A DNA stretch of 64,000 nucleotides from the NCBI GenBank assembly GCA_009914755.4, contig CP086569.2:11456001-11520000 (forward strand), written 5' to 3'. Positions 1 to 11,500 of the stretch are shown here, in pieces; positions within the stretch are counted from its first letter, which is position 1; the number at the start of each line of letters is the position of its first letter. This stretch comes from the human T2T-CHM13v2.0 reference genome, Homo sapiens. A model generated the notes under the pieces. That model saw nothing but the letters and a program-made list of their open reading frames with translations, was not told where the DNA came from and ran no database searches. The translations under genes were made by a program, and so were the position numbers.

Positions 1-397
1 CCACAGCAAAGGCAGAAGGAGGAGTTAGAGAGGGAGGTGGACAGAACAACAAACAGGAGTTGGCTTTCATTTTTTCACGCGTGCCATTTTCTTTAGGTTT
101 TTCTAGTTTATGGAGTCTCTTTGTTCCAGTTGAGCACACAGATAAACTAGAGATCTCACAAGGCTTTTGCTGAGAACATCAAAGCCTTTAACCTCTGTTG
201 GGCCAAATATTTAGACCAAAAATATAGACAGACACACAAAAGCCAGAACCGGACCAGATTGAGTAGCTCAGTGGCTACAGCTTTTATTCCCTTTATTCTT
301 TAAGGATATGAACTCAAACCAGATTCAGGGTTCTAACCCAGCCAGGACCCCCCTGGGGTGAAACTGAAATCCCACCGTCTAGACAAGGTTGGGGGTC

Positions 398-696
<299 letters not shown>

Positions 697-817
697 CCTG
701 CTTGTCCTTTTCATTTAATCCTGATCTCCGAATACAGGAGAGTAGCTGATTTGGTGTTCACTAACAAGCACAGAAGATTTGTTACATTTACAGTGTCATT
801 CTTGGCAAAACCTGAAG

Positions 818-1034
818 TTTTGCCTCCCGGGTTCACGCCATTCTCCTGCCTCAGCCTCCTGAGTAGCTGGGACTATAGGCGCCCGCCACCTCACCCAGTT
901 AATTTTTTGTATTGTTAGTATAGACGGGGTTTCGTCATGTTAGCCAGGATGGTCTCAATCTCCTGACCTTGTGATCCGCGCACCTCGGCTTCCCACAGTG
1001 CTGGGATTACAGGAGTGAGCCACCGCTCCCAGCC
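818..1034 (-). mobile_element. Partial Alu SINE, inverted, lacking its poly-A end.
   Basis: 'ctcccgggttcacgccattctcctgcctcagcctcctgagtagctgggactataggcgcccgccacc ... ctgggattacaggagtgagccaccgctcccagcc'. Confidence 0.85.
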
Positions 1035-1121
1035 AGAAGCTCTAATTTCAATGATGATTGTGCTTTTTCTCTCTTCCTCAGCATCTGGCTCATGATAAAA
1101 TTTCAGGTGTCTTGATGGTAT

Positions 1122-1343
1122 CTAAATCAGTTGTTGATTTGGTCCTGGAGAAACACAAGCATAACCTCTATGCCAAGTTATAATTTTACCTATTTCCCAA
1201 CTTTTTGTTATTGGATCTCTCCACCAAACCAGTTGTTCTGCTTCTGTCTTTGCAGCTGGTTTCTGTAGATGCTGTTCAGCTGCTGGTAACATCTGGCCTT
1301 TGGGCAGTCTCAAAAATTTGAAAGTTAATAATGCAAGATTCAA
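1122..1343 (-). pseudogene. pol: pol remnant, integrase C-terminal (SH3-like) region.
   Basis: ORF '...LVWWRDPITKSWEIGKIITWHRGYACVSPG' has the W-x-GP...WGRG-ACV pattern of retroviral integrase C-termini and sits downstream of RNase H. Confidence 0.55.
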
Positions 1344-1439
1344 TTGTGTATGGGCTATCCCATAATCCCTGTTTCTCCCTCTTTTTTTGTTTTTATTATC
1401 GGTTGTTCATCTGTATGAAATCTTAACTGAGCATTTTCA

Positions 1440-1620
1440 ATTAACTGTGTGGAATGACCCATGTATGAAGAATCAGAAATCACATTAACAGGCATATCAA
1501 AAGCAGTCAACACCTCAATTACAGCTACAAGCTCTGCCTTTTGAGCTGAAGTATAGGGTGTCTGGAAAACTTTAGCTTTTGATCCAGAATAAGAACCTTT
1601 ACCATCACTAGACCCATCTG
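1440..1620 (-). pseudogene. pol: pol remnant, RNase H segment.
   Basis: Manual translation of the reverse complement of ~1500-1560 gives 'QTPYTSAQKAELVAVIEVLTA', the conserved RNase H 'SAQ-AEL-A' motif. I translated only a short stretch. Confidence 0.5.
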
Positions 1621-1983
1621 TGAAACAATGAAAACACTTAGCAGGCTGCAGGTTGTTTACTGCAGGAATTGTAAATGCAAACCTTTCACAGTCTTGCTCA
1701 GCTAAAAGGGTAGTAAAGAAACAGTCTTTTAAATCTGTGACTATTAAAGGCCAATTTTTTGGAATTATAGTAGAGAAGGGAATCCTGGCTGTTATATTTC
1801 CATAGGTTGTATAACTGAATTGATGGCTCTTAAGTCAGTTAACATTCTCCATTTACCTGATTTTTTCTTAATTATGAAAACTGGAGAATTCCAAGGGGAA
1901 AATGTTGGAGCTATGTGCCCATTTTCTAATTGTTCAGTAACTAATTTCTCTAAAGCATCCAGTATCTCTTTGCTTAGCAGCCA

Positions 1984-2256
1984 TTATTCTATCCAAATTG
2001 GCTTATCTGTTAACCATTTTAAAGGTATAGGTTCTGGAGGCTTAACTATGGCCACCATCAAAAATGTTATCCTAATCTTTGGCAGGAACTTTGTCTTTCC
2101 GTTTGAAGCAGTTCTTTCAAAACTTGCAATTTTTTTTCTACTCCTATACCAGGGACATGCCCCATTTCGTGCATCATATGTTGACTTTGAGGGCTGTATT
2201 ATTGTTATGGAATTAGAACTTGTGCTCCCCATTGTCATAATAAATCTCTCCCCCAT
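1984..2256 (-). pseudogene. pol: pol remnant, reverse-transcriptase N-terminus directly after protease.
   Basis: ORF contains 'PLKWLTDKPIWIEQ' (compare HERV-K 'PLTWKTEKPVWVNQWPL' at the start of RT). Only ~450 bp lie between this and the RNase H motif, so RT is internally deleted. Confidence 0.6.
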
Positions 2257-2453
2257 AAATTTATAGGTACAGAAGTTGCAATTGGTTGAACAGTCCCAGG
2301 TTGTCCATTGGGCCCTTCACAATGCAAAGTATAGCTACTCTGATACACTTCTGGAGCTTTAACAGTTTCCACTGTGTTAAATTGAGTGGGCTGAATTGGC
2401 CACATGGACGGCCAGTGCTGTAGAGAAATAATTGAAATGTCCACTCCTACCAA
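2235..2453 (-). pseudogene. pro: pro remnant, retroviral aspartic protease C-terminal region.
   Basis: ORF ends in '...PINLWGRDLL', the conserved GRD(L/N)L protease motif, located between dUTPase and RT. Confidence 0.55.
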
Positions 2454-2589
2454 AAAAAAAAATAGTATCTACCAAACCTTTAAAGTTCTTTCCCTGGATA
2501 GTTATTTCACAGGTAGGATGTTTATCAGTAATTTGATTTAACCAATAAGCTGCCTTGCCTTTTTTGTTTGTGCTTCCAAATCCTCCGGT

Positions 2590-2859
2590 TCATTTAATTT
2601 CACTTTTTCCCATTCCCACATATGGCACATTCAGGAGCTGTGCTATGAGCACTCCTGGCTGTGCTTTCCAGGGAACAGAAGTAGATATCACAATTTGAAT
2701 TTCTTCATTGTAATCTGAATCAATGACTCCAGTGTGTATTTGTACCCCTTTTAAACTTAAACTAGACCTTCCTAAAAGTAATACCATTGTCCCTGCTCGC
2801 AACGGTCCACAGACTCCTGTTGGGGCCTTTTGCGGGGGTTCCCCAGGCAGAAGGCTCAC
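2590..2859 (-). pseudogene. dUTPase domain of a betaretroviral pro ORF.
   Basis: 'LLGRSSLSLKGVQIHTGVIDSDYNEEIQIVIS' matches the dUTPase motifs (GRSS..KG / GVIDSDY.GEI) characteristic of HERV-K and MMTV-type pro. Confidence 0.7.
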
Positions 2860-2949
2860 AGCTTTTGTGCAGCATAGATCTACTGCAGCACTATGGGCTG
2901 TGGTGGGGGACAGATAACGTATGGGGGTGAGGGAATGGCCTGAGATGGA

Positions 2950-4440
2950 AATGCCCTGGTTTAGAACAGGGCCTGGGATGGACCCCTCAGGGAGTTTCCC
3001 AAAATCGGGTTCCCTTCTTTATCAAACTTAGAGTGACACTGATTAGCCCAAAGTTTTCCTTTTTTACATTTTGGACATATTTCAGGATCAGCAGTTTTGT
3101 TTTTTCCCCTATCTGGTGGCCTGACTCGGTGATTTTTTTTTTTTACATTCTTTTTAGTATGACCATGCTTCCCACAGTTAAAACAAGCTCCAGGAAATAG
3201 AGTATTTCCTTTATCCACTCTCAGTCTTGCCATTGCCTGTGCCAACAAAGTAGCTTTATGTAGATTATCTCTGATATCATCACAGGCCTTGTTATAATCA
3301 ACTAAATGTGCTTTCCCTCTGATAGGTCGCAGAGCAGCCTGGCCATAAGTATTAGCATTGTCAAAACCAATAACTGCAACACTATATCCTAAGCAGCCAA
3401 ATCTGCAATCATCTTTTTAGGAGACTCCTGTAACCAAGCTATAAAATCCACATATGGTTCTCTTGGTCCCTGTTTTATAGCACTAAAGGAAGGGTATTGT
3501 TCTCCACATGAAGTGATTTATTCCAAGCTCTAATGCACACTCCTCTAAGCTGTTCTATGGCATCATCCTGCATGACCACTTGTGCATGTAAACCAGCCCA
3601 GCCACCAACCCCCAGAAGTTGGTCTGCAGTTATATTAATTTGAGGTTGGGCCCAGGCATTGCGAGCAGCCTGAATGGAAGCTTCATCTGCCTACTAAGTT
3701 TTAAATTGTAATAACTGAGCAGGAGTTAGACAAGCTAGAGTAAAAGTGTCCCAGTCAGTAGGAATCATCCGACTGGAAACAGCAACATTCTTTAACAGTC
3801 CCATTTCAAAAGGAGAACCTGTTCCATACTGATTTATAGCTTGTTTAATTTTTTTGAGTAATTTAAAAGGAAAAGGCTCAAATGTAGCTATAATATTTCC
3901 CTGTTGATCTGGGGGGTGTATTCAAACAGGGAACTGCCAAGCCTCTAAATCCCACTTTTGTCTAGCTTGCTGTATTCCTGCCTGAATAGAACTAAGAGCA
4001 GTCGCTCAAGGCGCTGCTCGAACAGTCACCAGGGCAACTACTTTTCACCCAGTGTCCTCCAGAAAAGAAAGATCTGGAGGGTCGTTTTCTTTAAAATAGT
4101 AATGAGGGTGTGCAGAAGGATAGGGATGAACCTCTCCCTCCTTTTCTGCTTTAGCTTTAGGTGACAAGTAAACCTGGTCTGTAACCTCTACTGTTACTTT
4201 GTTATACTCTCCTTCCTCCTCATCAGTATGAAAAAGTTCCAAGGTAGAACGAACCACAGCCCACACTTGTCCTATTGCTACCCTGATGCTTCCGAGCTCC
4301 CCTTCTTACTCACCACGGGGATTGCTTTAATAGTACTCTGGTGTCCTCCAGCTAGTTCCACTTTCTCCAATCGTTGCTCCAGCGATCCTTTGACCTGTAT
4401 TCGAGCCCCCATGAATGGGCACCACTTGCTGAGACCAGGT
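2950..4440 (-). pseudogene. gag: gag of the downstream HERV-K-like provirus (matrix, capsid, nucleocapsid with two zinc fingers), interrupted by stops and frameshifts.
   Basis: 2961-3248: 'MLAQAMARLR...CFNCGKHGHTKKNC...CPKCKKGKLWANQCHSKFDKEGNPILGN', two CX2CX4HX4C fingers, compare HERV-K 'CYNCGQIGHLKKNC...[28 protein letters not shown]'. 4045-4266: 'TLELFHTDEEEGEYN', compare HERV-K matrix 'ALEPFQTEEDSVSVSD'. Confidence 0.8.
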
Positions 4441-4469
4441 CGGTTGGAGAGACCCTAACCCAGCAGCAC

Positions 4470-4900
4470 TAGAGGAATTAAAGACGCACACACAGAAATA
4501 TAGAGGTGTGAAGTGGGAAATCGGGGGGGGGGGGGGCGTCTTACAGCCTTCAGAGCAGAGTCCTGAACAGAGATTTACCGACGTGTTTATTAACAGCAAG
4601 CCAGTCATTAGCATTGTTTCTATAGATATTAGATTAACTAAAAGTATCCCTTATTCTTAAGGCACAGATCACTCATGCTATTGTTTGTGGCTTAAGAATG
4701 CCTTTAAGTAGTTTTCCACCCTGGACGGGCCAGGTATTCCTTGTCCTCATTCCAGTAAACCCACAACTTTCCAGCGTGGGTGTTATGGCCATCATGAACA
4801 TGTCACAGTGCTGCAGAGATTTTGTTTATGGCCAGTTTTGGGGCCAGTTTATGGCCGGATTTGAGGAGGCTTGTTCCCAACAGTTCCTCAGGGTAAGGGT
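4470..4900 (-). promoter_or_regulatory. Putative 5' LTR and leader of the downstream provirus. In provirus orientation it contains an AATAAA signal, 'aataaacacgtcggtaaatctctgttcaggactctgctctgaaggctgtaag', and the 14-G homopolymer at 4523-4536.
   Basis: It lies immediately 5' (provirus sense) of the gag matrix region and 3' of the truncated upstream gag copy. It is non-coding and carries a poly-A-signal-like AATAAA followed by U5-like sequence. The boundaries are approximate. Confidence 0.45.
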
Positions 4901-4903
4901 GCC

Positions 4904-6560
4904 CTAACTCCTGTGGGGACCTTCTTTGGTGGCTCCCCAGGAAGTAAGGAGATGGGAATTGTGCTGTAGAGGTCTACAGCAGCACTGCTTGCTGAGGCGG
5001 GGGACAATTGCTGTACATTTGTAAGGGCAGTGGCTGTGCTGGGTATGCCTCAGTTTGTTGAGGGACTTGAGGCGGGTCCCTCTTCCTATTTCCTGAAAGA
5101 GGTTGTCCATCTTTGCTAAATTTAGAATGACACGGACTTGCCCGGTGATAGCCTTTCTTACACCAGGGACGTACATTGGGACTTTTCTGTTGATTGACGG
5201 TAGTAGTTTTCGTCTTTTGAATTCCTTTCTACATTCCTTTCTTGTGTCCAATTTGCCCATAATTAAGGCAAGAGCCTGAGAAATGAAGCATATTTTTTCT
5301 TACTCTTAATCTAGCCACAGCTTGAGCTAAAAGAATAACCTTATGTAAGTTATCTCCAATGCCATCGCAAGCCTTAATATATTTAGTTAAATGGGCCCTC
5401 TCTGTCTGGGATCTAATAGCAGTTTGACACTCTGCATTAGCATTATTGTATGCAAGAAGCTGTATTACAACATCCTGAGCTGTTTTGATCATTTACGGCT
5501 TTATACACAGCCTCTTGGAGCTGAGCAATAAAATTAATATATGGTTCTTTAGGTCCTTGTCAGACAGAACTGAAATAAGGATACTTTTCCCCTGTAACAT
5601 TTATCCTTTTCTATGCATGTAAGCACATGAAGCACAGCTGAACAATGGCAACATCTTCCATTAGTGCTTGATTCTCTAATCAACCCCAATTAGGGCCAAC
5701 TCATATTAACTGATCAAAGAAAACAGGCACAGGTGGCTGCACTTGTGTGTTTTCTTTTGCCTGAGTTTGAGCTTCATCAGCCTACCAAGTTTTAAACTGC
5801 AAGTACTGAGATGGAGTGAGAACAGGTTTTGTCAAAGTATCCTAATTATATGGTAGTAATCTATTATCAAGAGCCATATTTTTAAATAAAGTTTGCACAA
5901 AAAGAGAGTTCAGTCCATATTGACTAATGGCTTGCTTAAATTCTTTAGTAACTTAAAAGAGAAAGCAGCCTAATTAGCTATATTCTGTCCTACTTGCTGG
6001 ATTATAGTAACGGGAAATTGCCATGTTTCAAGGTCTCCCTTGGCTTTAGCTTTTTAAATAGAATTTTGTCTACCACCACCAATTGCTCCAGGTTTTAATG
6101 TTGTAACTACAGGAGCAGTAAGTTTTTCAGCTAATTTATTTTCTCACCCATTTAGAGGAGAGAGAGGAGGTGGCCATTCACTTAATTCAGCAGGTGGAGC
6201 CAACGGGCTAGTAAAACATACTTTTTAAAGTTTTTCTTTCTTTTCTTTAATCTCCTCTGGTAGCTGCTCCCCACACTCAGAATTTGAAGTTAGTTTTTTA
6301 CACTCATCCTCCTCTTCCTCATCTGAGTCTGCCTCATTATCTGTTTGAAATGGCTCAAGGGCTGCCTTTATTAGTGCCCACACTGACCATACAGAAACTA
6401 GAATTTCTGCTCCATCTTTATATGCCTTTTAAAAAATATCTTCCAATTCTCTCCCATTCATCCAACTTCATAGTCCTTTGTTCTGGAAACCATGGGCAAA
6501 ACTGCTTTACTGTACTAAAGAGTGATAACAAATTCTAAGTACTAAATTTCATTCCCCATC
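4904..6560 (-). pseudogene. gag: Second, more 5' HERV-K-like gag copy (matrix through the first zinc finger), truncated and degenerate, ~2.1 kb upstream (provirus sense) of the first.
   Basis: 5229-5492: 'LLAYNNANAECQTAIRSQ...KACDGIGDNLHKVILLAQAVARLR...CLNYGQIGHKKG', compare HERV-K 'MAYENANPECQSAIKP...KACDGIGGAMHKAMLMAQAITG...CYNCGQIGHLKKNC'. The reverse complement of ~6300-6560 gives 'MGNEI*...LFSTVKQFCPWFPEQ', compare HERV-K 'MGQTKS...LFQIIEQFCPWFPEQ'. Nucleotide-level paralogy to the first gag at +2.1 kb, for example 'gcttcatcagcctaccaagttttaaactgcaagtactgag' at ~5775 versus 'gcttcatctgcctactaagttttaaattgtaataactgag' at ~3675. Confidence 0.75.
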
Positions 6561-6640
6561 TTTGTATGTCCTCGGGTGTCTTTTGATGTTGTGTCCTCTG
6601 CTTTCACATGCTCCAGCCTTCCTTCACCGGGTCTTTGTCA

Positions 6641-6657
6641 CCCCATGTTGGGCGCCA
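6641..6657 (-). promoter_or_regulatory. Retroviral primer-binding site complementary to tRNA-Lys, read 'tggcgcccaacatgggg' in provirus orientation.
   Basis: 15 of 17 positions match the canonical Lys PBS TGGCGCCCGAACAGGGA. It sits ~80 bp 5' of the gag ATG at 6558-6560 (minus strand), as expected for a K-type ERV. Confidence 0.6.
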
Positions 6658-6659
6658 GG

Positions 6660-6995
6660 AATGTTGGAGTGATCAGACCCAACACTAGATCATGGGGGTG
6701 ATGAAGTCCAGCAGAGTCAAAGGAATGAGAAAAAGACAGTTTGAGAGAGAAAGTGGGACCAGGAGACCATCACGAGTGTGGAGTCTGCAAAGTCCCCAAG
6801 CTCTGGGAGCCCACGCTATTTGTTGGTGCTCAAACAAACAGCTGGTGAGGATTTAGGGGTTGAAAGGAAACGGTGTATCAAGTGAATCAGAAACATATGG
6901 CCCTGCCTCAGCTTCTCTTCCAACACTCAGCTTTTCTCCCAACACATTCCCCTTATGAACAGGAATAAAATAGGGATGCTTGTTCTCACCACTCC
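6660..6995 (-). promoter_or_regulatory. Partial LTR (U5-proximal part) of the upstream HERV-K-like element.
   Basis: Non-coding sequence directly 5' (provirus sense) of the PBS. It differs from the 4470-4900 LTR-like segment, and the L1 ORF2 fragment begins at ~6997. Confidence 0.4.
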
Positions 6996-6996
6996 T

Positions 6997-7900
6997 GTTT
7001 AACAAGTCCTAGCCAGAGCAATCAGGCAAGAGAAAGTGATAAAAGGCATCCAAATAGGAAATGAAGTCAAATTATCTCTCTTCACTGATTATATGATTCT
7101 ACACCTAGAAATCCCTAAAGACTGTGCCAAAAGACTCCTAGAACTGATAAAAAAAACCTTCAGCAAACTTTCAGGATTAAAAAAAATCAACATATAGAAA
7201 GAAGTATCATTTCTGTACACCAAAAATGTTTAAACTGAGAGGTAAATCAAGAGTGCAATCCTGTTTACAACAGCAACCCCCAAAATAAAATAAAAGAAAA
7301 GAAGAATATATCTAAGCAAGGAGGTAAAGGATATCTAAAAGGAGAACTACAAAACACTGCAGAAAGAAATCATAGATGACAAAGGAAATGGAAAACTATT
7401 CCATGCTCATGTATTAGAAAGATCGATATTTTTAAAATGGCTATACTGCCAAAAGCAATCTACACATTCAACACTATTCCTGTGAAACAACCAATGTCGT
7501 TTTTCACAGAATTAGAAAAAAATATATTCTAAATTTCATATGGATTTTTAAAGAGCCCAGACAACCAAAGGAAACCTAAGCAAGAAGAATGAAGCTGGAG
7601 ACATCACATTACTTGACTTCATACTATACCCTAAGGCCACAATAGACAAAATAGCATGGTAGCTATATGAAAACAGACACAAAGACCAATGAAACAGAAT
7701 AGAGAACCCCAAAATAAACATGCACCTACAGCCATCAGCTTTCCCAGGATAACACAAAGAGAGCCAAGTGGCACCTGCACATTACACTGTGGAAGAAAAA
7801 CCCAAGCTCAAGAAACCCCAACTTGTATTATGGGAAGTTCACTTGGCTGTACCCTTCCCAAGAGGGAGAAATTATCTGCATTATACTAGACAGTAAATAA
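6997..7900 (+). mobile_element. Old L1 ORF2 fragment (RT-to-C-terminal region), degenerate.
   Basis: The translation reads '[49 protein letters not shown]...' and '...[34 protein letters not shown]', both L1 ORF2 signatures, but with many stops. Confidence 0.8.
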
Positions 7901-8369
7901 ACTTTTCCTTTGTTCCAGAAGGAGGTACTGGTTTTCTATTCCAAGGCTGTTTTCTATACAAACATGCTTGAAAACAATCATTTGGAACAAGAAAGTCAGC
8001 GTCCATACTTGCAAAATGTGCGGAAATTAAAGAGACCCAAAAACTGTTTCTCTACCAATTTCTATTTTTTTAAAATCACATTTTCCCCATATAATATGCT
8101 TTTAATATGTGATAATATTCTGAAATTGTCTTAGCATTTAACCCCATTTCTGAGTCCAGAAGGATACAATAAATTTAATTTAATTTAGTAACACCTCAAA
8201 TAGTAGTGATTGTAATAGCAGAGCTAGTTTGTAGCATAAAGAAAAAATAATATTATTAGGTGACACAAATAATGCTAGCCACCATTTCTAAGTGTCATGG
8301 TAAGTACAGTGATTATTTTCTTTTTTTCTGACTCTTGTTTATTTTATTTTTTATTTTTTTCCCCATAGG

Positions 8370-8520
8370 TTATTGGGGTACTGTGGTATTTGGTTCCATG
8401 AATAACTTCTTTACTGGTTATTTGTGAGATTTGGGTGCACCTATCACCCGAACAGTGTACACTGCACCTTATTTGTTATCTTTTATCCCTCGCCCCCCTC
8501 CCTATTAAATAATAGACAAA
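8370..8520 (-). mobile_element. L1 3'-UTR fragment, inverted, from an older L1 family.
   Basis: 'ggtactgtggtatttggttccatgaataacttctttactggttatttgtgagatttgggtgcacctatcacccgaacagtgtacactgcacc...ccctcgcccccctccc' is the older-family counterpart of the L1 3' end seen at 33370-33540. Confidence 0.6.
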
Positions 8521-11500
8521 AAATAATGGGTTTAGAATAAATGAGTTCATATGAACTGTCAAACGTATGTGGGAAAAGTGGAATCAGTTTTTGAGAAAAA
8601 ACAAAAAACTCAACAGAAATGCTGATTAAAGCATCATCCCTTCATGGCTAGAGCTGCCAGGACACTAGAACACCAAAATTAGCTAGGGAAATTTTGTAGA
8701 AGTCCCAGATGTACTAAATGTTCTGTGAATACACAGAGACATAATAATAACTGTTACCTGAATGTAGAGTAAAGATGAGAAGGCATTGGTCATGGTGGCA
8801 GCTACCTCAGGAGTTACAAAGCAGACGTGGTTCCAGGACAGTGTATGTCAAGGCAAAGCTGTCCTCGGAGGCTATTAGGAGCTGGTTACGGCACAGACAT
8901 TGTAAGTCAGATGGTCTCATTACTTTCAATGACAAAACCAAAATTACTTTTGTATCAGCCTAATACAACGGCCTGGCAAGAGCACAGAAAAAGTCCCTGT
9001 GGCTGTTAGGTGGGGACCTCTGATGCAGCACAATTCCTTCATCCCCTTCTCCAACACCCCCTCTTCCAATTCCACTGAAGAGAGAATCTGATGGAAGTGC
9101 TGTGTAAGCAGGCTCAGATATATCTACCACTATAGATAGTACAGGTGATTCATAAATCCAAGCCTATCAAATACATCATAAATAAGTTACACGTTTAATT
9201 TTTTTTTTCAAATTAGGGATCATGATATAAAAGTTATCAGAATCAAAACTGTCACTAATGCTTAAAAAGAAAAGAAAAAACCTGGACAAATAGATTCAGA
9301 GAAGGCCTTGAAGAGAGGGTTCTCATGCTTCTAGGCCTGATATGAACTATCACAAAATACCACAAATTCCACAACCTTGCACAAAGGCCATAGCAAGCTT
9401 ACACAAAATACACTTCTGTGAGGACATCTATCCAGCAACCACCTGCTCAAACTTCAACTGACATCGACCTTGTTGTTGGTCTTTATAGTCGAAGGTAACT
9501 ATATCAAAACAATTATAGAAGCCTCTTCATTTTTCCTTTATTTATTTTTTTCTACTCCCCCATACTTCCAGGTTTCCAGGTTGATCATTTTTCTTTTAAA
9601 GACCTTGTCTTCCTTTACCATTTGAATCTATATAGTTTGCTTTGTCATGTATATTCCCATTGCAGTGCCCTCCTCCCTAAGATGTGTTTTTTCCTTTAGA
9701 GAGCCTTTCTCTGTTTGTTATTTAGGTTTACAATGAGAAGGCATGTAAAGTACTTTTACTGTCTTCCTAGGAAAAAATCACTGACTTACAGTATTTATAT
9801 TTATTTATTTACATTCCTGGGGATGAGGAATTAAAGATTTCACAAATTTTCTTATTGAGAAGATCCAAGTTTTCATGTGAGCAAAACTGAATATGTAAAT
9901 TGATATGTAAATTATGCTGCAGATAATATGGTCAAATGTTTACTTGTATTTAATTTGTTACACATGAATATTGCATATGTAAGATAATATACTAAGAAAT
10001 TATCACATTTAATGAAATGCTTTAATCAAATTCCTGATTGAATTTTTGGTATCAATATCTTTTTCATTGTTTAATCCATCTTTTGGGTGAACAGGGCTTT
10101 ATAGGCCAAAGTTCTCACTTCTATCTAAATAGTCTGAGTTACAGAACTTTTTGGATTTATTATGTTGTCACAGGAAGTTTCTTATTGCTGTTTAAAGGAG
10201 TCTCTCTCAATATGATGCAGAATCCAAAAGCACTGAAGGGCATATATCCTGAGTTTCTGTTACTGAAGCCAAAGGTTGCCAATTTCTTGTAGATCCTGCT
10301 ACAGTTAAACTTCATTTAAGTAATCATTAAAAGCTGTGTTTATTCCCTCACTTGAAATTTTGATTTCACACTATTAGGACTAATCCACTAAGTCTTTGTT
10401 AAGTTATGTTCCTCTTTTTCTTGTAGCTTGACTTTGATGATCTCTATATGCAACATCAATTGACATAAATTAAAGTACATTCAGGGCAAGAGAGTTTCTT
10501 TAAATATTACTTTGTTATTCAAAATAATCACAAAAGCACTCATCGTAGGAAAACTTGTGAGGACTCAAATATAGAGAAATACCTTTTCTTTCTAAGGCAT
10601 AATTCTGTAAAGAAATTCACCTTAATTTGAATATACATGTGAAAATATCCTTGTTCAATAATAGTCTATATTCACTCTGTTTTCTTCCCTCATAGACCAG
10701 CCGGTTCACTATTATTCTCCAAATGATGTGTGCCTCTCTAGATTCCAGGCTATCTGCATATCTAATTTTTCCCATAAATTACTGTTTTGAATTGCACTGA
10801 ATTCAATTTAAGGGGATGTCATTTATAAAAAGTGCAAATATATACTGCACGAGGGATCTTAAAAATCATACACATGGTTTGATCCATAAGCTCATATGAG
10901 CGTGCAATGTCAACTTTTTTCATGTTTTTTTAAGTCCACTTAAATTCTATTTTAAGCCACCATCTGTCTGTGCTGTTAGGGCAGTTAGCCTTAAATCATT
11001 TTAAGATGCTCCCTTCTAAGTACTGTGATAGTGATAGAGATGTCACCAGTCAAGTGTCCTAGGAAGCCGACTCCGAGTTGGAGATTTGCATGCAAGGAGG
11101 TTGAAATGATACTCCCAACACCTGTGGAAGAGTTAAAGCAATAGGATTGGGTGGAGCAGGAAGTTGGCTGGAATGCAATCACTATCATGGCCGCAGTCCA
11201 CTCTACAGGGATCTTGGTGAGTTTACCTAATGACCTCGAATTGGAGCAAGCAAAAAAGGCCATTATATTTCTGTACCAAGCAGTTCTCGGATGTGGGATG
11301 CCTTGAGAAGGGACATGGACTTGGATGAAGGAACTTTAGTGTGCTGTGAGTATTGTTGACAGGAGTCAGCTGTCAACACTCCCAGGAGCAGGGGAATTAT
11401 GCTTTAGTCACGGAGGCGGCATCTAGTGTCAGACCACAGCCTTGTTAAACAGAGCCAGAATTTGGAGGATGGATGGTGGGTTTAATATTTGGGGCTTGAC

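Larger units (their letters stand above)
1100..4900 (-). mobile_element. HERV-K-like (betaretrovirus-type, class II) endogenous provirus, internal region plus 5' leader and LTR. The domain order in provirus orientation is LTR-leader-gag-dUTPase-protease-RT-RNaseH-IN. RT and IN are internally deleted, and env and the 3' LTR are absent.
   Basis: Minus-strand ORF fragments in retroviral order: gag matrix (4045-4266), nucleocapsid with two CCHC fingers (2961-3248), dUTPase (2590-2859), protease C-terminus (2235-2453), RT start (1984-2256), RNase H motif (~1500) and IN C-terminus (1122-1343). Confidence 0.8.

Noticed and set aside
1-395. Possible 3' LTR or env remnant of the HERV-K-like provirus to the left of the Alus.
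   Set aside because: Sequence 1-395 has an AATAAA on the minus strand ('ctttattc' in plus) but no similarity I can see to the LTR-like segments at 4470-4900 or 6660-6995. It also has no env-like ORF. There is insufficient evidence, so it is left unannotated.
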